DNA of 64,000 nucleotides, from assembly GCF_036389735.1 (NCBI RefSeq), contig NZ_DASVWK010000806.1, positions 538 to 64,537 of the forward strand, written 5' to 3'. Both the position numbers and the translations under genes were made by a program. A model generated the notes under the pieces. It saw only the letters and a list, made by a program, of their open reading frames with translations, had not been told where the DNA came from and did not search any database. Positions 56,119-64,000 of this stretch are shown in pieces (the stretch's first letter is position 1; every line of letters begins with the position of its first letter). Source of the stretch: Archangium sp. GTDB lineage: Bacteria; Myxococcota; Myxococcia; Myxococcales; Myxococcaceae.

Positions 56119-57642
56119 TCAGGCTGTCGGCTTCTTCTGCTTGCGCAGCTCGTCGTAGAGCGAGACGCGGCCGGCCACCGTGCCCGCCACGGCCTGCTCC
56201 AGCGGACGCAGCACCTCGGGCAGGGGAAGCACCGTCCGCATCCTCCGCCGCACCTCGTCCTCCACCAGGCCGCGCAGCACCTCGGACTGCACCCGCGCCA
56301 TCGGCGGCGGCCACCACGAGGGGGACGTCTCCACGGGCGCGTCCTCCGGCCTCACCACCCGCATGTGGTGCACCGCCAGGTCGTAGAAGCTCCGCCGCGC
56401 GAACTCGCTGTCCTCGAAGGGGAACTCCCCTCCGAGCGCCTTGCCCACGGCCAGTCCCGAGGTGAAGGCCATCTCGTGCCCGGAGATGATGCCCGTGTAC
56501 TCGCCGCAGAAGTACGTGCGCCGCTTGCCCTGGATGCGGTGCAGCGCCGCCGAGCGCACCGGGTGCATCCCGTCGCACACCAGGTGCTGCCAGCGCATCG
56601 TCTTCACCACCTTGGCCGGGTCGATCAGCCCCTCGGGCGGCTCGCACGTGGCGAACAGGTCCGCGCCCACCCACTCCTGGAGCGCCGGCAGGTAGTAGTT
56701 GTAGTACGAGCGCGTGAAGGGCCCTCCCGCCTCCGGCGTCATGTACGTGAACGCCGCCCACCGGCTCCGGTCCTCCGGCATCACCCGCGCGTCCGTGTGC
56801 AGCACGCTGGTGGCCGGCTCGTACTCCACCTCGCCCAGCAGGATCGCCTCGTCCGACGTGGCGTCCTCCAGCAGCTTCAGCGCCACGCCCGCCTCGGTGG
56901 CCAGCACCACCTGGTCGAAGCGGTGCACCTGGCCGTCCTCGCTCGTCAGCGTCACCCCGTCCCGCTCGCGACGGATGGAGCGCACCGCCAGACCCGTGCG
57001 CACGCTCGGCGCGAAGCACGCGGACAGGCGGCGCACGTACTCGCGCGAGCCCTGCTTCACCGTGCGCCACGGCGTGGCCCCCACCAGCGAGTAGCCACTC
57101 ACCGGCCCGAAGGTGGCCGCCACCATGAACATCGACATGTTCAAGAGGCCCAGCCGCGTGACGAAGAGCACCGACAGCAGCGGCGCCAGCACCTTGTGCT
57201 TGAAGTCCTCCGAGTAGCCCTCCTGGTCGAGGTACTGCTCGGCCGTCAGGGGCATGTACTTCTTCGGGTTGGAGACGATCTCCGGCAGCGCGAGCTGGAA
57301 GCGATCCACCTCGTGCCGCACGGACTCCCAGAAGGCCGAGTCCTGCCCGGTGCGCCAGTGGCCGCCCTGGAAGTTGATGGACAGCTCCAGGCCCCGCCGC
57401 ACCGGCTGCGTCTCCACGCCCAGGCGCCGGAAGAGCGCCGACAGGTTCGGGTACACCCACTCGTGGTAGATGAGGAACCCGATGTCCACCGGCACCGTGC
57501 GTCCCTCGCGCGTCATCTCCACGGTGTGCGCATGGCCTCCCAGCGTCGGCGAGGCCTCGAAGAGCGTCACCTCGTGACGCCGATGCAGACTGTAGGCGGC
57601 CCCCATGCCGGAGATGCCGCCTCCTACGACCGCCACCTTCAT
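56119..57642 (-). CDS. FAD-dependent oxidoreductase, COG2907-like (fatty-acid modifying amine-oxidase fold)
   Basis: VAVVGGGISG dinucleotide fold; GGHAHTV...VDIGFLIY...YPNL..LF..LGV; LHTD..MP...WAAF; QGKRRTYFCG...GHE. Confidence 0.8.
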   Translation of the reverse strand: MKVAVVGGGISGMGAAYSLHRRHEVTLFEASPTLGGHAHTVEMTREGRTVPVDIGFLIYHEWVYPNLSALFRRLGVETQPVRRGLELSINFQGGHWRTGQDSAFWESVRHEVDRFQLALPEIVSNPKKYMPLTAEQYLDQEGYSEDFKHKVLAPLLSVLFVTRLGLLNMSMFMVAATFGPVSGYSLVGATPWRTVKQGSREYVRRLSACFAPSVRTGLAVRSIRRERDGVTLTSEDGQVHRFDQVVLATEAGVALKLLEDATSDEAILLGEVEYEPATSVLHTDARVMPEDRSRWAAFTYMTPEAGGPFTRSYYNYYLPALQEWVGADLFATCEPPEGLIDPAKVVKTMRWQHLVCDGMHPVRSAALHRIQGKRRTYFCGEYTGIISGHEMAFTSGLAVGKALGGEFPFEDSEFARRSFYDLAVHHMRVVRPEDAPVETSPSWWPPPMARVQSEVLRGLVEDEVRRRMRTVLPLPEVLRPLEQAVAGTVAGRVSLYDELRKQKKPTA

Positions 57643-59402
57643 GCTGCTTCCTCCGTCAACACCTGGAGGTCACGCTCCAGGTAGGCCTTGCGCGAGGCCT
57701 GCCGCTGAATCTTCCCGCTGGACGTCTTGGGGATGCTCCCCGCCTTGAGGAACACCAGGTCGTGCAGGCGCAGCTGGTACACGTCATTGATGGCCTGACG
57801 CACCGTGGCCGTCGCCGCCGCGACATCGAAGGCCGCGCCGCCCGGCTGCTGCCGCGTGTCCACCTCCGCCACCATCACCAGCCGCTCCTCGCCATCCACC
57901 TCCACCGAGAAGGCCGCGCTGCACCCCGGACGCACCAGCGGCAGCGCCGCCTCCACCGTCCACTCGATGTCCTGCGGGTAGTGGTTCTGCCCGCCGATGA
58001 TGATGAGGTCCTTGCGCCGGCCGGTGATGTAGAGCAGCCCGTCGCGCATGAAGCCCAGGTCCCCCGTGCGCAGCCACTGACGGGAGTCGTCCCCGCTCAA
58101 GCGCGCGCGGAACGTCTCCTCGGACAGCTCCGGCTTGCGCCAGTAGCCCTGCGCCACGCTGGGGCCGTACACCCAGATCTCCCCCACGCGCCCCTCGGGC
58201 AGCGGCTGGCGGGACTCCGGCTCCACGATGGCCAGGCCGTAACCCTCCTGGGACTCACCGCAGGAGACGACCTCCGCCGCGTTGGCATCGCCCACGGGCA
58301 GCGCCACCACCCGGTCCTCCTTGAGGGCCTCCTTGTCCACGCTGAGCGTCACCACGCCGCGGCCCTGCCGGCCCGGCGCCTTGAGCGTCACCTCGGCCAG
58401 ACCGAACACCGGGAAGAGCGCCGCCGGGGAGAAGCCACGGGGAGAGAACGTCTCGATGAAGCGCCGCATGGTGCCCGCGCGCACCGGCTCCGCGCCGCAG
58501 TAGGCGCTGCGCCACGAGGACAGGTCCAACGCGGCCACGGCCTCGGGCGTCGCCTTGCGCACGCACAGCTCGTAGCCGAAGTTCGGCCCGCCCGAGTGCG
58601 TCACCCGGAAGGCCGACACCGCCTGCAGCCAGCGCAGCGGGTGCTTGAGGAAGTCCGTCGGCGACATCAGGTACACCGGGTAGCCCGAGTAGAAGCCCTC
58701 CAGCAGTCCGTCCACCAGCCCCATGTCATGGAAGGACGGCAGCCACGTGACGGAGCACGAGTCCTCGCCCAGGTCCACGCTGCCGCGGATGTGCGCGAGG
58801 TTGGCCAGCAGGTTGCCGTGGCTCACCATCACCCCCTTGGGCGACGAGGTGGAGCCCGAGGTGTACTGGAGGAAGGCGAGCTGCTCGCTCCGGACGAGGG
58901 CTGGCGACTCCAGCGGCCCCACGCCGAGGTCCTCCTGGTTGGTGGCCAGCCACTTCAGCTCGGCCAGTCCGGGGACCTGCTCGGCGAAGGCCTCCGCCAT
59001 GGAGCAGATCTCCGAGGTGGAGAGCACCATGCGCGGGCGGCAGTCCGCGATGATGCCCAGCAGCCGCCCCAGGGTGCGCTCCAGGCGGGTGGGATCCGGC
59101 GGGTAGGCCGGCACCGCCACCGTGCCCGCGTAGAGGCAGCCCAGGAAGGCCTCCACGTACTCGGCGCCCTGGGGGTAGAGCAGCAGCACGCGCTCGCCCT
59201 CCATGCCATTCGCCTTCAGCAGCGCGGCGATGGTGCGGGCCCGCGCGTCCAGCGCGGCGAAGGAGTACGCCTTGCGCTCCTCGGTGCCGCGGATGATGTG
59301 GGTGAGGGCCCGGCGCTCGGGGTGGCGCTCGGCGCGGCGGTGGAGGATTTGAGCGAGCGACGTCGCGCCCGAGATGCAGTCAGCGGCCATGGTGGGGTTC
59401 AA
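57639..59402 (-). CDS. Fatty acyl-AMP ligase (FAAL)
   Basis: AFLQYTSGSTSSPKGVMV, WLPSFHDMGL, GGPNFGY, GAEP, LRTGDLG, GRRKDLIII, IPKTSSGKIQR. Start TTG 59402 or ATG 59390. Confidence 0.9.
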   Translation of the reverse strand: MNPTMAADCISGATSLAQILHRRAERHPERRALTHIIRGTEERKAYSFAALDARARTIAALLKANGMEGERVLLLYPQGAEYVEAFLGCLYAGTVAVPAYPPDPTRLERTLGRLLGIIADCRPRMVLSTSEICSMAEAFAEQVPGLAELKWLATNQEDLGVGPLESPALVRSEQLAFLQYTSGSTSSPKGVMVSHGNLLANLAHIRGSVDLGEDSCSVTWLPSFHDMGLVDGLLEGFYSGYPVYLMSPTDFLKHPLRWLQAVSAFRVTHSGGPNFGYELCVRKATPEAVAALDLSSWRSAYCGAEPVRAGTMRRFIETFSPRGFSPAALFPVFGLAEVTLKAPGRQGRGVVTLSVDKEALKEDRVVALPVGDANAAEVVSCGESQEGYGLAIVEPESRQPLPEGRVGEIWVYGPSVAQGYWRKPELSEETFRARLSGDDSRQWLRTGDLGFMRDGLLYITGRRKDLIIIGGQNHYPQDIEWTVEAALPLVRPGCSAAFSVEVDGEERLVMVAEVDTRQQPGGAAFDVAAATATVRQAINDVYQLRLHDLVFLKAGSIPKTSSGKIQRQASRKAYLERDLQVLTEEAA

Positions 59403-59426
59403 CTCTCAGGGGGAAGGGGGGTTGCG

Positions 59427-60584
59427 CTAGCGACGCTCGGGGAGCGGCGTGCCGTCGGTGATGCCGGTGGCGTTGGCGAACTCCTCGTCACCGGAGGAGG
59501 GCCGCTCGGCCTTGCCGGCGGCGAGCTGCTGCCGGAAGCGAGGCACCGCGTCCACGTAGGAGGACACCAGCCCCACCGCGTGCAGCAGGCGGATGAAGAG
59601 GAAGGAGTTGTCCACCTGCGCCGGCACGAGCTGAAGGTTGGCCGAGCGGGGGAACTTGTGGTGGTTGTTGTGCCACTCGGAGGCGAGGAGGCCGAAGAAG
59701 ACCTGGTTGAGGGCGAGCGTCCGCTCGTCGAACTCCCAGCCCGGCACCTTGGCCCGTTGGCGCCGGCCGCCGTGACCCACGAAGTTGAAGTCGCGCACGA
59801 GGAAGGTGACGAAGAACACCGCCGCGTACCACGCGAGCACGCACGGCACGCCGCCCACCGCGTAGGCCAGCCCGGACCACAGCGCCTGCGCGAAGAGGGT
59901 CCGCACCGCGAGGTGCCCGGCGTGCTCCACCGTGCCCGTGCGTCGGAACTGCTCGTAGGTGCTGAGGGGGAAGCCGATGTGGTTCACCGTCTTCGCCACG
60001 TGCTCGTACTGCTCCGGCGTCATGTCGGTGTTGAACTTCGTCACCGACTCGATGGCCAGGTAGCTGCCGATGCGCCCCAGGTGCGGGCCATACGGGTCCC
60101 CTACCCTGTCCGTGCGCTGGTGGTGCACACGGTGGGGAATGGCGTAGGTGTCCTCGCGGATCGCCATGCCATTGAGCCACAGGAAGACGCGCGCGCCCCA
60201 GGGACTCCGGAACTCGAAGGCCTTGTGCGAGCAGTAGCGGTGCAGCCACGCCGTGTGCGTCACCGTGGCGAGGAAGAAGGACGCCCCGCTGAAGTAGAGG
60301 GCGCTCGTCCACGACAGGTGCCAGCCCACCAGCGCCACCAGACAGCCCAGCGTGGCCACGTGGAAGGCCGCGTGCAGCGCCGAGGGCAGCCGGCGCGGGT
60401 CCGCGAGGAAGTTCACCGCGTCCCACCACTCGCGCAGGGCCTCGCCCACGGTGGGCTCCTTCGGCGTGCCGTCCGGCCGGGCCCACCCGAAGGTCGGCTC
60501 CCGCAGCACCCAGCCCGCCTTGTTGCCCACGGGCGAGGCCGGCTCCGGCGCCTCGGGACTCAGCTTCAGGGCCGCCTCACCCAT
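59427..60584 (-). CDS. Membrane-bound fatty acid desaturase (delta-9-like His boxes)
   Basis: HRYCSH, HRVHH and HNNHH His boxes plus TM segments. Confidence 0.9.
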   Translation of the reverse strand: MGEAALKLSPEAPEPASPVGNKAGWVLREPTFGWARPDGTPKEPTVGEALREWWDAVNFLADPRRLPSALHAAFHVATLGCLVALVGWHLSWTSALYFSGASFFLATVTHTAWLHRYCSHKAFEFRSPWGARVFLWLNGMAIREDTYAIPHRVHHQRTDRVGDPYGPHLGRIGSYLAIESVTKFNTDMTPEQYEHVAKTVNHIGFPLSTYEQFRRTGTVEHAGHLAVRTLFAQALWSGLAYAVGGVPCVLAWYAAVFFVTFLVRDFNFVGHGGRRQRAKVPGWEFDERTLALNQVFFGLLASEWHNNHHKFPRSANLQLVPAQVDNSFLFIRLLHAVGLVSSYVDAVPRFRQQLAAGKAERPSSGDEEFANATGITDGTPLPERR

Positions 60585-61317
60585 TGCTGGCCCACCCCTC
60601 GCGCCAGCTCACGATGCGCGCGCCGCACACCTTCTCGAACTTGCGCTTCATCTGGAGCACCGTGGTGAAGTCGTTCTCCACCGCCACCGGCAGCTCGCAC
60701 ACGTGCCAGCCGTAGTGCTTGAAGTTGCTGGCCGCGCGCAGCACCTCGGGCTTCAGCTCCGGCTGGCGCTCCAGCAGCTTGGTGAGGATCTGGTAGCCGC
60801 CCTCCGCGTGGCGGAACTCGTCCACGGAGATGAAGCCCAGCAGCCTGGCCAGCACCTTGTCCTTGCTCTGCGCGGCCAGTTGCCGGGCGAAGTAGCCCGC
60901 CGCGTGCTCGGACCAGATGAAGTTCACCAGCTCCTGGACGGTGTCCTCGGGCTTGTAGTTGACGTGGTCGATGTTGCGCCGGCGGATCTCCACCAGCTCC
61001 TCGTCGGTGATGCGCGGCTCGAAGCCCACCAGGTCCAGGTAGCGCCGCAGGCTCCAGAAGTGCCGGAAGCCCTCGAAACACTCCACCTGGAACACGCAGG
61101 TGGCGTCCACGTCCTCGTGGAGCAGCTTGATGAGGGAGACGGTGCCCAGCGCGTGGTAGGACTCGATGAGCGCCGTGCGCCGCACCTTGTCGAGGATGTC
61201 CGGCTGGCTGAGCGCCGCCTCGCGGTCGATTTCCCCCCAGGGGATGTCCTTCTCCACGTTCCAGCGCGACTCGGATTTGGCGCCGAAGAAGTCGTAGTAG
61301 TAGCGCTCGGTCGTCAT
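60577..61317 (-). CDS. Ferritin-like (acyl-ACP desaturase-like) diiron-fold protein
   Basis: RWNVEKDIPW, LIES, FEGFRH, WSEH, DEFRH pattern; ATG 61317 overlaps the upstream stop (ATGA). Confidence 0.75.
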   Translation of the reverse strand: MTTERYYYDFFGAKSESRWNVEKDIPWGEIDREAALSQPDILDKVRRTALIESYHALGTVSLIKLLHEDVDATCVFQVECFEGFRHFWSLRRYLDLVGFEPRITDEELVEIRRRNIDHVNYKPEDTVQELVNFIWSEHAAGYFARQLAAQSKDKVLARLLGFISVDEFRHAEGGYQILTKLLERQPELKPEVLRAASNFKHYGWHVCELPVAVENDFTTVLQMKRKFEKVCGARIVSWREGWASNG

Positions 61318-62291
61318 GGCATCCGCTCCCCGGCGGGAATGAACTCGCGCCACGCCGCGGGGTCCACCCCGTGGTGCGCGACGAAGGCGGCCACCCACCG
61401 CTCCAGCCCGAAGGCGATGCAGCCCGTGCTGGCCTGCTGGCCGTCGGGCAGGGTGAGGCCGAAGGTGCGCGAGAACGAGTCCCCGTGCAGGTTGAAGGAC
61501 GCGATGGCCAGATCGCCCCCCTTCTGGCCGGTGACATCCACCAGCAGCTCGTACTTGAGCGATTGCGCCCGCTGGAGCAGCGTGCGCGCCCGGCCCTCCA
61601 CCGCCCCGAAGAAGGGATCGGAGGCCACGTCGATGCGCCCGGAGAGGCCGTGCGCCTTGGCGAAGTCCACCACCTCCAGCAGCAGCTTCTCGCGCACGCT
61701 GGCGATGGGCGCCTCGGGCCCCAGCAGGACGATCTCCCGCATGGTGAACTCCCACTGGCGCCGCAGCGGGGCGAACTCCCCGTGCTCGTAGCGGAAGCAC
61801 CGGCCCTGGGTGGTGAGCACCATCGGCTCGCCGGTGATGGGACGATCCTGGAGCTCCGCGTAGCAGTGGTAGCAGACGGCGCCGGACAGCACCGCCCCCG
61901 CCGAGCGCACCCGGGGAGTGGCCGCCGCCTCCACGCGCTCGCCGCCCTTCACCGCGTCCACGAACTGGCGCAGGGACGCGCTGTCCCTGTCCAGGGTGAG
62001 GGCGAAGGTGGCGTGGTGCGGGAAGGACTTGAAGTAGTCCGTGCGCTCCATCACGGAGATGGGCATCAGCGTGGGGTACTGGCGCTCGGAGGCGCCGTAC
62101 TTGAAGGCCAGCTCGAGGAACTTGCGCTCGAAGTAGCGGAACAGCCACAGCGCGGGGCCAGACATGCCCAGGGTGCCGTTCTCGTACGAGCGCAGGTCTC
62201 CCCGCTCCAGCAACTGGCCCACGGCCTCGGGCCGCGGCGGGCGCCCGGAGCTGAAGGCGAGGCTCTTGGGATCCACCGTCAGCGAGCTCAT
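61314..62291 (-). CDS. Amino acid:[carrier protein] ligase (class II, seryl-tRNA-synthetase-like catalytic domain only)
   Basis: 325 aa, no tRNA-binding arm; YFKSFP, SGAVCYHCY, motif 2 GRCFRYE...RQWEFTMREIV, ASDPFF, LKYEL, SFNLH...F, motif 3 TGCIAFGLERW; ATGA-coupled to the carrier-protein gene. Confidence 0.85.
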   Translation of the reverse strand: MSSLTVDPKSLAFSSGRPPRPEAVGQLLERGDLRSYENGTLGMSGPALWLFRYFERKFLELAFKYGASERQYPTLMPISVMERTDYFKSFPHHATFALTLDRDSASLRQFVDAVKGGERVEAAATPRVRSAGAVLSGAVCYHCYAELQDRPITGEPMVLTTQGRCFRYEHGEFAPLRRQWEFTMREIVLLGPEAPIASVREKLLLEVVDFAKAHGLSGRIDVASDPFFGAVEGRARTLLQRAQSLKYELLVDVTGQKGGDLAIASFNLHGDSFSRTFGLTLPDGQQASTGCIAFGLERWVAAFVAHHGVDPAAWREFIPAGERMP

Positions 62292-62554
62292 GCCGCCGCC
62301 TCCCCGCTCGCGGGGCAGAACGTCTCGACGATGGTCCGCGGCGTGCGGAAGAAGTTCATCGTCAGCTTGTCCTCGGGCACCTCCATGGACAGCTCGCTCT
62401 CGATGAAGCCCATGAGATCGATGATGCGCATGGAGTTGATGAGCCGGTTCTCGAACAGGGGGGTGTCCCGGCCGATGTCGGCGGTGATGTTGTTCTCCGC
62501 GCACAGCTTGCGGATGAAGGTGAGCAGCCGCTCCTCGAACTGATTGCTGTCCAT
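62288..62554 (-). CDS. Acyl/aminoacyl carrier protein
   Basis: 88 aa, acidic; DTPLFENRLINSMRIIDLMGFIE with the phosphopantetheine Ser in an NS context. Confidence 0.85.
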   Translation of the reverse strand: MDSNQFEERLLTFIRKLCAENNITADIGRDTPLFENRLINSMRIIDLMGFIESELSMEVPEDKLTMNFFRTPRTIVETFCPASGEAAA

Positions 62555-62567
62555 GGTGTGTCCCTCT

Positions 62568-63695
62568 TCAGCTCCGGTTGCGTCCCCAGTCAGTGGCCAT
62601 GCAGTGGCGCAGCACGTCCCGCAGCAACTGCCTGGCGGGAGGCGGCTTCACGCGCTCCCCGAGCAGCGCGTGGACGGGCCGCGCGTCGAACACCTGCGAT
62701 GCCAGCAGGTGCCCGTACATGGTGTCCCCGAGTTGGATGACCTCGTGGGATTGCTTGTTCTGCGTCTGCAGCAGCGTGCGCCGCAGCAGGGTGTAGGTGT
62801 CCTCGTCGACGATGTCCGGCGGGAGGAAGACGCCCTGGGCCCAGCGCCGCTCCGTCTCGGCGGACACCTCCGCCATGGTGTCGATGAAGTCCTGGAGTCG
62901 CAGGCCGTCGTCGCCGTTGCCGATGTGGTAGGTGCGCCCCGGCTCGTAGTGCTCCAGGAAGAGCGTGAGCAGGGCGGCGGCCGCGTAGTCGTTGGACGAC
63001 AGGTCCATCCGCGAGTCCGGCGTGCCCGGGAAGGCGCCCACGTGGCCCTGGTAGAAGAGCCGCATGAGCGAGTGCATGGAGTTGTAGCGCGTCACCTCGC
63101 CGCTATCGCGACCGATGAGGTAGGCCAACCGGAACATGGCGATGGGCAGCTCCTTCATCAGCCCACGCACGTAGTGCTCCGCCTCGTACTTGCTCTGCTC
63201 GTACGGGTTGACGAAGCCCGCCTCGTGCACCTCGTCCGTCTCCAGGAAGCGGCCCTTGCGGAGGCCCGCCACGAAGAGGGTGCTGACGTAGCCGGCGCGC
63301 TCCAGCCGCCGGAAGGTGCGCACCACCTCGAAGACGTGGCGGGTGCCGTCCACGTTGGCCAGCCGGGCCTCCGGCAGCGGCGAGTCCAGCTCCACGTTGG
63401 CCGCCGAGTGGATGACGTGCGTCACCTCCTCCGCCAACCTCGCCGCGTCCTCCGGCGACAGCCCCAGCCCGGGCCGGGTGATGTCGCCGAGCACGGGGAC
63501 GAACTGGCCCTCGGGTGGGCGGGCCGAGACGTCCGGCCACAGCTTCGCCGCGAGCTTCGACCACCGCGCCTTGAGCACCACGGGCGAGGGGGCGCGGATG
63601 AGCGCATGGACACGCGCCTTGGGTGCATGTCGGGCGAGCCAGCGCGCCATCTCCATACCCACGGCGCCGGTGACTCCGGTCAGGAACAGATTCAT
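62568..63695 (-). CDS. Stand-alone thioester-reductase/fatty acyl-CoA reductase-like SDR (NAD_binding_4)
   Basis: FLTGVTGAVG, GDITRPGLGLS, VIHSAA, NVDGT, YVST, YEQSK. Confidence 0.85.
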   Translation of the reverse strand: MNLFLTGVTGAVGMEMARWLARHAPKARVHALIRAPSPVVLKARWSKLAAKLWPDVSARPPEGQFVPVLGDITRPGLGLSPEDAARLAEEVTHVIHSAANVELDSPLPEARLANVDGTRHVFEVVRTFRRLERAGYVSTLFVAGLRKGRFLETDEVHEAGFVNPYEQSKYEAEHYVRGLMKELPIAMFRLAYLIGRDSGEVTRYNSMHSLMRLFYQGHVGAFPGTPDSRMDLSSNDYAAAALLTLFLEHYEPGRTYHIGNGDDGLRLQDFIDTMAEVSAETERRWAQGVFLPPDIVDEDTYTLLRRTLLQTQNKQSHEVIQLGDTMYGHLLASQVFDARPVHALLGERVKPPPARQLLRDVLRHCMATDWGRNRS

Positions 63696-63732
63696 GGTGA
63701 GGTCTCTCGGTGAGGGGTTCCCGGTTCGAGCC

Positions 63733-64000
63733 TCAGACCTGGACGATGCTACAGCCCCAGTGCGCGCCCAACCCGAACGAGAACATCATCACGTGGTCGC
63801 CCTTGCTGACGAGGCCCCGGTCGATGACGTCCTTGAGGTTGATCCAATTGTCCGCCGCCACGGAGTGGCCCTTGGGGCGGATGTTCTCGGTGTAGATCTT
63901 CTCCAGCGGGATGCCGGTGAACTTGCTGAGGATCTCCCAGCTGCGCAGGCTGACGTTGTGGGGGATGAGGAGCTTGATGTCCTCGCGCGCCAGGCCGCTG
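63733..64000 (-). CDS. 3' end of a 3-oxoacyl-ACP synthase III (FabH-fold) homolog; truncated by the window edge
   Basis: Manual translation: SGLAREDIKLLIPHNVSLRSWEILSKFTGIPLEKIYTENIRPKGHSVAADNWINLKDVIDRGLVSKGDHVMMFSFGFGAHWGCSIVQV*; TGA at 63733-63735. Confidence 0.8.
   Translation of the reverse strand, partial: SGLAREDIKLLIPHNVSLRSWEILSKFTGIPLEKIYTENIRPKGHSVAADNWINLKDVIDRGLVSKGDHVMMFSFGLGAHWGCSIVQV

Noticed and set aside
61314-62291. Housekeeping seryl-tRNA synthetase (serS)
   Set aside because: Too short, lacks the tRNA-binding domain, and is coupled to a carrier protein in a biosynthetic operon.
1-64000. CRISPR arrays, tRNA/rRNA genes, transposases or integrases
   Set aside because: No spaced direct repeats, cloverleaf or rRNA-like segments, or DDE/tyrosine recombinase motifs seen by eye; tRNAscan-SE, Infernal and ISEScan would be needed to exclude them formally.

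Overview
High-GC myxobacterial (Cystobacterineae-like) chromosomal window, densely coding; no rRNA, tRNA, CRISPR array or intact IS element was recognised. Most very long ORFs in the supplied track are antisense or alternate-frame shadows. Real content: signalling genes (PAS/GAF kinases, two sigma-54 response regulators, LuxR and XRE regulators), many lipoproteins, the kin-recognition/outer-membrane-exchange pair traA-traB, an Oar-like TonB-dependent receptor with an MlpA-like lipoprotein, a CheY-less cheA-mcp-cheW-cheR-cheB cluster behind a sigma-54-type promoter, two K+/H+ antiporters, two related GTPases and several hydrolases. Two things stand out. (1) A lipoprotein thioredoxin/TPR gene (11636-12994, minus) is split by an in-frame TGA exactly at the first Cys position of the WCxxC motif (WAPW-U-HTC) and followed by a bulged hairpin, so it is a probable exported selenoprotein. 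(2) A tightly coupled minus-strand biosynthetic operon runs off the right edge (56119-64000). It combines an atypical KAS III, a stand-alone thioester-reductase-like SDR, a carrier protein, a SerRS-like amino acid:carrier-protein ligase, a ferritin-like protein with an altered iron motif, a membrane desaturase, a fatty acyl-AMP ligase and a COG2907-type flavoprotein. This is a candidate NRPS-free lipoamino-acid pathway that I cannot match to a known product. Deletion scars or pseudogenes occur at 14487-15450 and 26156-26396. All calls come from manual reading of motifs; no database searches were run.
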